Positions 1-10,142 of a stretch of 48,984 bases of DNA are shown here, piece by piece. This DNA comes from Paraglomus brasilianum (lineage: Eukaryota): NCBI GenBank assembly GCA_910592345.1, contig CAJVPI010000147.1, forward strand, positions 1 through 48,984, written 5' to 3'. The notes under the pieces were generated by a model. It searched no databases. It was not told the DNA's origin and saw only the letters and a list, made by a program, of their open reading frames with translations. The translations under genes and the position numbers were made by a program. The stretch's first letter is position 1. The number at the start of each line of letters is the position of its first letter.

Positions 1-551
1 GTTTGTAATTGAGATTTCTTAATAAACTCATCGAGTTGCTTATTGTTGCTAGTCCATCCATTGGATAATTCTTTATGACCGCAAATGCACCACACAGGAC
101 TACATCGGAGTATTCCACATGCGGAGCAGAATCCATATCGAGAATAACAGTCGTAAAAGCGTTTATCAGCAACCATGTAATAACTACCGTCATACTTGGT
201 AAACCCTTTTATAACTCGGTTGCGCAAGAAAAGCCATTTTGGGTATCTTCTGAACTGATTAACGACGTCGTTGTCCTTGCGCGTTGGAAGTGAGTATATT
301 CTAGCGAACTCAGTCACAAATGTTGGTGTGCATTCTTCGCTACTTCCAAGTAATAGTAACATTATCTTGTCATCATGATATTTTTTCTTGCGAATAGCGT
401 AATGAACGTTATTAGTTTGAGTTGGCTCTATGTCAGCAATTTGCGAGCAAGGAATCCATTCAAGTCTTGAGCATTTATTTTCACCTTCCAAGGAGGATTG
501 GACCAAGTTATCAATTGTTGGGTTATCAATAACCCCTGATGCTAACGACAT
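1..551 (-). CDS. 5' part (exon 1, runs off window edge) of a TKL kinase-family gene, paralog of 24974-27468
   Basis: ATG at 551 opens an uninterrupted frame MSLASGVIDNPTIDNLVQSSLEG...LEWIPCSQI...GFCSACGILRCSPVWCICGHKELSNGWTSNNKQLDEFIKKSQLQT, colinear with and in its last ~50 aa nearly identical to the ORF at 24974. It is absent from the ORF track because there is no stop inside the window. Confidence 0.88.
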   Translation of the reverse strand, partial: MSLASGVIDNPTIDNLVQSSLEGENKCSRLEWIPCSQIADIEPTQTNNVHYAIRKKKYHDDKIMLLLLGSSEECTPTFVTEFARIYSLPTRKDNDVVNQFRRYPKWLFLRNRVIKGFTKYDGSYYMVADKRFYDCYSRYGFCSACGILRCSPVWCICGHKELSNGWTSNNKQLDEFIKKSQLQ

Positions 552-1639
552 AGTTTGAATTAAAAAATTTTTTTACTACACTATCTGAATGTTCGTTCTA
601 TGTGTGCAAATCTTAGGCATATTACTTATCTTTTTGCTTATTGGTTCGTCAAAATCGTTTTTTTCTTTCTTTCACATGACCTTCAAATACTGTGTGGTGA
701 ATCTTATATACCTGTATTAATATTACGCCCGAGGGTAAGAGGCGCTTTTACAGTATATCATTCTTGTCATGCTAAAAGCAGTATGCTAAATTTATTATAC
801 ACGTATACCGCACAAAATGTAATGATTAATAAAGTTTAAAATTAATCAATTAATTCGCTCGACGTAACTAATTTACTACTTTATTTAAGAAGATAGAATT
901 CCATTTCCTCTGTCAAAAATTATCGCACGGTTGAAACTGGTAGCTTTATGGCCCTTGCTAGCTTGGGACACCTTTATTCCAATAATATATAACTTTCGTT
1001 TATTGACATTTTGATAGCTCAGTTTGCATAAGTTTATGTTTTATTATTTAACATGCGTAGTAGACAATTTTCTGCAATAGTTAAGTTTTTTGTTGCATAC
1101 TGTATAAATATTAAATTATTAGCAAGTACGGTCAACATAAACACAATTCAAAAACCTTTCTTGTATTTCCGACAAAATATTAATAACCAACGATATACTC
1201 GCCATCGCTTCTATCAATATGTCCAGCAATCGTTCCGCATTCCTTTCATCCGAAATGCCACTTAACTCTTATATCGTCGTCCTTCCTATAAACTACAACA
1301 AATTGCGTTCTCGGAAGCTCGTTGACCACCATTGTAGAAGTATACTGTTTGTTTAGTTATCCATTTGTGGATAGTAGCGCCTTGAACACAGAATGCAACT
1401 TGAACAATTTTTCGATCATCATTTATGTCTGTGCAATGCAGAATATAGAGGGTGTGCATATAATTACTAACTCCCAAGCTTGGGATAAACGAGAAATTGA
1501 TTGACCTACTACCATTTATTCATTAAAGATTTAACTCATAGACAAAAAAGAGTATATAAAATATGCGTCTTTTTTTAACAATAATGTAATATCTAATATC
1601 AGTAAACTTTTACTTATTTTGTTTTCTGTTTCTTATTCG

Positions 1640-2477
1640 TAGTTGTACGTCTTTTTCTTGTATTTGATTGTTCAATGACAATATCATTATCATTGTCACT
1701 GATAACAACTTCTTCGCTATTTGTGTTAATGTGAGCGTCTATTTCGGTAATGATATCATTTTCTAAAGATTGATTAGCGAGAAAATATCGCTAATTTTTG
1801 TTTCGACGCGCGTTGCAAGGAGATGGTGCTTGTAGAGGTTGTTATTGGCGAATTTGTGCAATTCTTTGTTCTATGTCTAATTTTCCGCTAGTTTGGCCAA
1901 TAAGATGTTATTATTTTCCCACAAAATATTGATAGTGGCGTCACTTTCGACTTTGGTAGAGATAAAAAAAAAAATTCCAGTCACATGAACCAATGAATTT
2001 CTTTTTTGTTTTACAATGCCGTTCTTTAAGCGGCCATTAAGTGGGTGAGTCAACATTATTGTATACGATCTTTTGTCAAATATGGTTTTACTTGTATCGG
2101 TAGTGTGTAACCCGTTAGCATTATTCGTAGTGTTGCCGATTAAGTGTGCGACTGGTTTCGAAATGAGAATATAATCTTCGTCTATGTGTAATCGAATGCT
2201 CGTCGTTATTAGCGTTAAAAGAATTATCTTTATGTGGCGTAAATTTCCCTGAGATTTGGTACACTCCGTTCTCTTGAAGTTGCTGTGTGGTTTCAGATGA
2301 TGTATTGTCTCCCTCTATTAGATTGTTTTCGGACGCGTATGCGGTAAATTTGTAAAGCTGATATCCGTCTTCTGCATTGATTCTTGATATGGCGGAGCCT
2401 TTTTGAACGGTCTTATTGTTATAAGTCTTGTCCGCAATAGAAACTATGTACATAATAGCCGTGAGAGTTGCAATCAT
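1640..2477 (-). pseudogene. Frameshifted remnant of a repeat-associated hypothetical protein (possibly tandem OB-fold-like)
   Basis: ORF MIATLTAIMYIVSI...YQISGKFT continues after a frameshift near 2210 as ITTSIRLHIDED..KPVAHLIG..LTHPLNGRLKN..KRNSLVHVTGIFF, then further stops. It resembles from memory a multicopy Glomeromycotina hypothetical family; the fold assignment is inference. Confidence 0.4.
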
Positions 2478-3510
2478 TTTGTTTAATAGTAATCAGTAAT
2501 AATGGGGTTGTTGGATAATAGATAGCAAAGAAGCTTTAAGATGTGAATAATCGCAATTGTCTTTTATTTATAACTTTGATGTAGTATTTGAGTTGATAAT
2601 AAACTATAATTGATTTTTATTTCATACTTTTACTTCTTTTTATTGGTGTCTTTCTTGATAAACTAACAAATTTACTATTAGTGCGAACAATTTGTTGGTT
2701 ATTTTTGGGCAAAGCTATTTATTAATTGAGAAGTAAAGGAGTGGGCTTGATTCGAAATTGTGTGTCGTGCGCTTATGATTTGGCGAAGAATAGGCGTATG
2801 GAAACCGTTCTTGAACAATCGTTGCTTACAAGATAACACGAATGTCACAGTATAATTGCTGTGAATGGTGAGATAATTGGAAGCTAAGATTTTTCAAACT
2901 TAGCGTTAAATAACAAATTTAGTATGCGGTGGTTTTATTGGTGATTCGTTTCGAAAGGTTCGCGCACACTATGGTGCAGGACATCTATAGCCCGAAATAA
3001 AATACCCAACTTTCAAAACCCTAAGGCTTTATATTAGAGGGTTTAGAGAAAAACTAATCCGTAAGAATGATAGAGCAGACAAAGCAGAATAAAAGTTACG
3101 GCTTAAAATTTTTAATCAACTAAAAAGTTTCGAGTTTTAGGCATTTGAAAAGCAACAGTTTTCTTGAGTTTCTTAAGGAAAAAGAAAATTTCCAGTTTTG
3201 TGTAACATTACATTATCCATTTATTGTTCTCGTGTTAACACTCTTTATTGTTTTACTATGCCTCGACCTATTAAAAGAAAAGCCGCACATAAAAAAACGT
3301 GGCGGTATTAGTATATGGATTTGTATAGACACGGAGTTACAAGTAAGTTAACGGAATACGTTGCTAGAAAATATAAATCGCACAGAAAATGCATGGGAGG
3401 AATTACGAACAAATTAGTTCGATCAATTTTCTTAAATGCATTATATAGGTAAGTATGTGCTGTTCAATCTGCAACATTGATTTCTCGGAATTTGACAAAG
3501 TGTTGTAATT

Positions 3511-3955
3511 TTATAATATATTCTTTTACCGTTGTTTCTATTATTATTATATCTCATCTCCTGATTGATCCGATACAGTTGCTATTCGGAATTCTATCCC
3601 CTTCTTCAGCCACATGCTGCTAATTCTACATACGCATTTATACATTTCTTTGACAATAACCCAAAGATTTTCGACCGGATTTAAGGGTTATTGGAGGCCC
3701 AGTCCAGAATTTCCGGAAAACTTTTCGCTAAGAAATGCCCGAGCAACATGGCTTGTATGCTTCGGGTTATCTTGATGGAAGCGTTGATTTCTTGCTTATG
3801 ATTGTGCAAAATGTCAACGTAAGACTTCGCATGCATAATGTTTCTAAAGTAAAATAGAGAAGTATTTCATAATAATAATATAAAATCCTCCCCACGGATT
3901 AATGTGATCCGCGTGTAACTCTCAACTTCTTTTCTAGGACTGCCTGACGATTTTG
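3511..3955 (-). mobile_element. Decayed Tc1/mariner (DDE_3-type) transposase fragment
   Basis: Minus-strand translation across frameshifts gives ..WGGF..NIMHAKSYVDIL..RFHQDN-PKHTSHVARAFLSE..ILDWASNNP-LNPVENLWVIVK.., matching the Tc1 motifs QDNDPKH and WPSxSPDLNPIENLW. Confidence 0.8.
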
Positions 3956-4529
3956 ATTTTACTATTTATAGTTATAGTCGCAAAAAAAATAAAATCGAGG
4001 ATAAAGCGTAGTATAACGTGACCTGATTCTTGCAATACATTGGTCAATTTTGTATGTCAGCCAATGAAATTGCTTCGCTTTAGCCTACCATTATGGCAAA
4101 TAGTGTGCATGAAATATATTAATACATGTATAATGTGCTGCTTTGAAAGAAAAGATTACTACCTCGTCTCATTATAACGAATTCTCCTCGGTATAACGGG
4201 TCGGATGTTGGTATTGTTGCAGCAATATCCCATATTAATATAGTAAACACTGACCAAAACCTTCCAGAAAGACTCTTCTACTGTTAATATTTATATCAAG
4301 ATCATTGATGAGATAAATAGAATAGTAATGAACAGGGAATAAAGTTTATAATAAATAGAAAGCGAGTAATAACAGTAGTACATATAACACGTGGTTTCCC
4401 AACGTAATCACCCCCACTTCACTCATTATCCAATCAAAAATCCATCCGATCACTACTGAGTTTTCTCCTCTCACGCACACAACTCTTACATCAAAACTTC
4501 TCACATTAATACACGGCATAATACAAATA

Positions 4530-7500
4530 ATGTCTGCAAAAAACCAGGCAGAGTTCGAAAAGCTGTTATATAGTTTATTAGAAAAGAAGCCGCCTGGAAC
4601 AAGTGCGTCGAGGATAAAAGAATTAACAAAGATCGCACTCAATAGCCCAAAGGTATAGGGTGGGAAAGACAGGGAGAGCGGAGAGAGCAAGAGGTGTGCA
4701 AGCGGGGTGCAAGCGGGAGAAATCGAAAGTGGGTGCATGTAGAGAGTGTGAGCAATTGATAAAAGAAATATTATGACCCTTATGAACCGGCTGCATGCTT
4801 GGTAATGAAGAGAGGATACATTGGTTCACTCAAGGATACTGTCAAAAGACATATGTTCATTTACAGATCATTTATAAACCAACAGATACTGCTCCTAATG
4901 TACAATCTTATTTATGTTAATCTGTCATCCTCCTCTTCACCTCTCATTTTTTCGCCAATAATATAGGAATACAAACAAATCGCTCATTGTGTGCAGAAAT
5001 TCATTCATCGCTGTGCATCAGAATACAAACTCGGTGGTTTATACGTCCTCGATTCGATAACTCAGGCAGCACACCGACAGAAAACCGACAATGGGGATGT
5101 ACCCACATGGACGGTAGAGTATTTGGACAGGTTTGAAAAAGGACTGGAAGACCTGTTTGCTGATATTATGCAATGTCCTGAAAGAGACAAGGTATGGGAT
5201 TTGAGAGGCATAAAAATAGTGAGGTGGACTGAGAGAATAGCAAAAGGACATAAGAAGGCATAGAACTTGTTTAATACCGTGGATAATGTTAATTCTTGCC
5301 CAAACGTTATTTTACGCGCGTTACGTGATTATTTGATTCATTTTACTTACAAATACCGCTCGATATTGAGCGAATATTAATTGTGTTAGGCCTGGGCTCA
5401 TAACTATGAATTTTTTAAGCATTATTAACAGAGTTGAAAGATGCATGCTTTTTACGGGTTGGAGAATTTTGGACAGATATTGTGTAGTAGATATTTTAGC
5501 AATAATTGAATATGGATGAATTCATTTTTCCAAACGGTTTTGCATTTTTACATGTCTCATTTCTCAACACGAGCTCCATTACTTCCTGCTCAAAACTAGT
5601 CTATTTGCCTTACACAGTTACGTCACAAAAAGTCTTCTATCACACGAACTAACTCGTTTTCTTTTCTCTAATCAGGAAAGGGTTAAAAAAGTTCTTGATA
5701 TCTGGATCAAACGACATGGAATTTATGAAGATAACCTTTTACAAAGAATAAAAACTCGTTATTTTCCCGAAGGTGACATCATCGATGGTGTTAATGCGCG
5801 AGATCCAAGATTAAGAAGTGGAAATGATGGGAGTACCATGCTTGGTGCGAATTCTGGTGCTAATTCACAGGGTAAGAAACAAAAAAGTGGTTAAGCGAGA
5901 ATGGAAAGGTGTATATATGACCGGGTGGGTCGTACTTTACTAGTACAAGTGTTATCTAAGCGTCAAAAATTAAGGTTAATTCATAAAGATCAAAACCCCC
6001 ATATATTCTAACTTAAACAATTTTACATTACTAACATTTATCAATTTATCCTTTATCGCCACCTTCCTTCAGCTCAACTAAACGGTACTTCGTCTCAAGC
6101 ACTCGACCAATCCACCCTCCTCCGAACATTAACCACGCTAAACTCACTTACGCAAGGCAACCTAAAGATTCCTTCACTATTAACTGATTCTATCTCCTCC
6201 CTCCAGAGTAGTCCAAATAACATAGGCACAGGGACAAACGCTGGGCAAGGATTTATAGGAGTTAACGGACATTTAACGCAAGAAGCAATGCAAGGTGTTT
6301 TGCCAGTATTGCAGGGAACATTACCACAGCCACCACCGTCGCAAACACATCCACAAATGGCAAACACGGCGCAGGGTCATCAGATTAACGGTAACCAGAA
6401 TCGACATTGCGAACTATGAGTTTTTTGTGTTGATTGTTGACTTTTTTAAAAGTCGAAAGTTTTGATTACAATATTTTTACTCTTTTATGTGACCGGTGAC
6501 AATTAGCCGATTCGCGTAGTCCAGCGACTTCGGGCATACCGTCTAACGCGTAAGTGGTTTTTTTTTGTTTCTTATGTTATTGTTTATGAAATTTATGCGG
6601 TAAGAAAAACTTCACAAGAGGAGGATTGGGATGCCTTTGTCTTAGCCACGACGACCGATGGATGCCGATGAAATCTACGAATTGGTGACGTTCTTTGCTC
6701 TATCTTCCGTATTCCCTTCATTTACTCCTTTTCCAAGAACACTTTGACTTTTACTCGCATGATCCTTTTTTTCGTGTTTGATACATATATCATAATACAC
6801 ACCCAATTTCTTATATATCACCCTTTCTCCATCTTAATTCGATTTACCATTCGCCTACGGAGGGAAAACGACTATTATCTCATCAAGAATAAACAATAAT
6901 TTAACGCACAGCAAATCTCATTTCCTTTCTTTTCGCCTATCATTACCCATTTACTACTATTATTATTACAACCTCGGATAAACATGCTCAGTCGCACAGA
7001 TCAAAAACGACACAGAGAAATAAAACGTTTATTAAACTATTTCTTGAATATTTCTCAACAGAGAGTTTTTAAAGTTTTCTCCTTAACTCTCTCACTTTAA
7101 TTCCCGTAAAAGAACGACTACGTGTTGATGCAGACACTTGGACGATATTATGTCAAGGACGCATGTTGAGAATATAATATGAGGACGTATGCACTTGTAG
7201 ACGAGAAATAGCACAAATTCACTGGAACACCGGACGTCGTGGCTCGATCACTTCTGTTTGTGCTTCTTCTTTTCCAATTCATCCAAATCTCTATAACCTC
7301 CCGATATTCTATTATAAATCCAGTTTAGTCATTTTCCGTCGGGCTAATCCATCTGTTAATTTTCCTTGTTATTTCGAATAAAAAACCCATCCGAAAAATC
7401 TCTATGAACCCAATCAATAGACCCCAACCCTCGGCGTCAGGATCGATTAGTGTAACGCCCAACCATCAACAATTTGGCGGAGATTCGTTAATATACCAAA

Positions 7501-10043
7501 ATCCACCTCCACCACAGGGAACAACGGGGGATGTGAACGTAAGTGCAACATTGAGTCGATCTCTTCATGTCATAAAACAATCGATATAAGTGAAACCGTA
7601 TATAATGGGCATGTATTTGGCGAAATCATGTGGATTTACCTGCTCTATCGCATTGTATCAGCCATATCAATGGTCACAATCACAACCAGGGCAACCACAC
7701 CCTCCACCTCCAGGGCCAGGGTATACCGCTTGGGATGGGTTTCCAAATGCGCAACCTCCACAACATCATCCTCTACAGCACGGTCCGCATGCCCCTCATC
7801 CGGCTCACTCATGGGATTCGTCTAATCCTCCGGCACCTACAGACGAAAGCGGAAATTATGGACAGCTCGGACAGCCCGGCCATCCGCAGCAACTCGGGCA
7901 GAATCCGGTACGTCCCGACGGTCGTGAGGGCACATCCGGGCCACATGGAATTGGAGATTTAAATCAACCATTGGACGGCGCGTTAGAGGAAGAAAAAAGT
8001 ATTGCTTACGAAGACCCTAATCTGCCCAAGGATTTTATTAAGAGTAAGGATTTTCTTGGAAGGGGGGCTGACTCTATGGTTTTATTCAAAGGTTCGATGG
8101 GTTGGATATCTAACAACGTGTCCGAATATCTCTTGTCACAGTTTTGAGCAGAACGCTGTATGTCGGAGGAGTAACCCAGTCAACTACGAAGGAACGACTC
8201 TGGGAAATTTTTTCTTGTCATGGGAAGGTTGTGAGCGTAACGGTGAGTCTGCCATATTTAAATCATGTTCCTTGTATTCTTTGGGGAAATCGTTTGTGAT
8301 TTTAAATGGGATGATCTTTATTGTGTTAGCTTAATTATGACAAAAACAACGCTTTTGTAAAAATGGACACACGGAATGCTGCTATACGGGCGATTGCGGA
8401 TAAACGAGTCAAGGTAATTAATTTCATACTGGCATATATAATTGGAAACAGAAATGATATGGGACAACGAGAATTTAGATTATGCTAACATAACATGCTC
8501 ATTATCTACATTACTTAGTACTACGTAGGTTACCAGCATAGATCTTTTCATCCCCTAAGTTCCAACATTTACTAACTTATCCTCGACCGTGCTTTCCCAG
8601 GTTCGATGGGGCGTAGGCTTTGGCCCAAAAGACTGCTATAATTTTGCACATGGCGAATCGCTAATCCCACTTGACCGCCTAACAGAGACAGACCGGAAAT
8701 GGTTATTGACGTCCAAAATGGGCGGAACGGGTGGCCGACCCATACTTGGCGGCATTGTCCTTGAAGAACCAGATATTATAGTCGGTGAAGGATATTCAAG
8801 CGGATCGGCCAACAAACGAGTTATGACGCAAATTATTGATGGTAAGGTCAAGACTAATACGAAGGGTGAAGGTACGAGTACAAGTAGTATGGATGATGTT
8901 GTTGGTATCGATAGGGAAGAGAAAGAAAAAAAGGGCGATGGCATGGCTTGGATGTCACCACAGGGGGACGCATCGATAGAATCCATGAGCACGACGAGTC
9001 AAGTATCAACTACTGCCCCAACATCTGTTCAGCTTGCAGTACCACCCTTTGGAGCCCCGCCGGCTCACATCCAGCTACCTTCATCCCAGCAACAACAGCA
9101 ACAACACGCACCAATCCATTCTCCGCCAATACGTTCTCCACCAATACGTTCTCCACCAATACGTTCTCCACCAATACGTTCTCCACCAATCCACCCTCCC
9201 CATCAAATTCCGCCTGGCACTCTGGCCAATGCACAACACCTTAACCCTCCACCTACTCATATGTTGTCTGGACCTCCACCACCGAGTAATGGTAGTGGTC
9301 CTGTCCCACCTCTACATGCGCACCAAGAACCTGCTTTTCCCTGGACACACGGAATACAAAGCAACGACAACGCACATAAGATGCATCCAGAAAATGCACC
9401 TCCACCGGGAGCGTATCCGGGAGAATTCATGTCGTCAGCAGCTGCGCCCCCTGGAATGCAGGAAGTACGTAATAGTGGTATTGGAATGGGTACGGGAATG
9501 GGTACGGGAATGGGTACGGGAATGGGTGCAGGTTTACAACAGCAAGCACAACCACCTCACGGACAGTATCATTATCAGAGAGGAGGCCCGAGGCAAGGGA
9601 GGGCCGGAGGAGGATTCGGATACAATCATAATGATGGAAATGTTGACGCATATCGTAGTCATCATTCGAACGATCCACATGCAGGCGATCCACACATGAA
9701 CATTGCTCATATGCAGATGGGCGGTCCGCACATGAATAATCCACATATGAATAATCAACACGCAAATATGCATCATCCACCGCAGCCACCGCATCATCCA
9801 CTACATCCTCACGCTCATCCGCACGGACATCCTCATGGTCACTCGCCAATACAAGATAACAGACAATTCCGTCCTCGCGTCGGTGATGCTCGTAACGCAA
9901 AGGATACGCGAGGTAAAAGAGACAAACGAAAGCGAAGGGATCGATTACGAGGTGATCATTACAGTCCACCGCGAGATGATAGTTACATACGTAAGAGGTC
10001 AAGATGGGATGGAAGTGGGAGTAGTAGCGGGAGTGGCAAGTGA
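4530..10043 (+). CDS. NRD1: Nrd1/Seb1-like RNA Pol II CTD-interacting (CID) + RRM transcription termination factor, 10 exons
   Basis: GT-AG exons with consistent phase: 4530-4652, 4967-5191, 5676-5871, 6073-6390, 6507-6549, 7421-7538, 7662-8043, 8142-8242, 8330-8413, 8601-10043. CID motifs SASRIKELT, YKLGGLYVLDSI, VKKVLDIW. Nrd1/Seb1-specific RRM region DPNLPKDFIKILSRTLYVGGV...AFVKM...VRWGVGFGPKDC...IPLDRLTETDRKW. Long P/Q/H/G-rich tail. Confidence 0.93.
4735..4907 (+). ncRNA. Candidate intronic box H/ACA guide RNA (sno/scaRNA) with a U2 snRNA-complementary pocket
   Basis: H box AGAGGA 4811-4816; lower stem ACATTGG 4818-4824/CTAATGT 4895-4901; ACA 4902-4904 about 60 nt upstream of the 3' splice site. 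Pocket strands AAGGATA (4832-4838) and TACTGC (4887-4892) fit U2 GUAGUA-UC-UGUUCUU. The 5' hairpin is less clear (GCATGTAG 4735-4742/CTGCATGC 4791-4798). Confidence 0.5.
9120..9191 (+). repeat. Coding 15-bp tandem repeat, (SPPIR)x4 + SPPI
   Basis: TCTCC(G/A)CCAATACGT repeated in frame in the last Nrd1 exon. Confidence 0.95.
9483..9527 (+). repeat. Coding 12-bp tandem repeat (GMGT)n
   Basis: GGAATGGGTACG x3 plus a partial copy. Confidence 0.95.
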
Positions 10044-10092
10044 GGAGCAGAATTCGGAAGAAGAGAAGGTGGGAGGAGGGATAGAGAAAAAA

Positions 10093-10142
10093 GTGAAATG
10101 ATGAAAAAGTGAAATGATGAAAAAGTGAAATGATGAAAAAGT
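10093..10142 (+). repeat. 16-bp tandem repeat x3 in the Nrd1 3' UTR
   Basis: GTGAAATGATGAAAAA at 10093, 10109 and 10125. Confidence 0.95.

Noticed and set aside
5378..5620. SRP RNA or snR30/U17 identity for the intron 2 rod
   Set aside because: No helix-8 or UGUNR motif; the m1/m2-like words are adjacent rather than across an internal loop.
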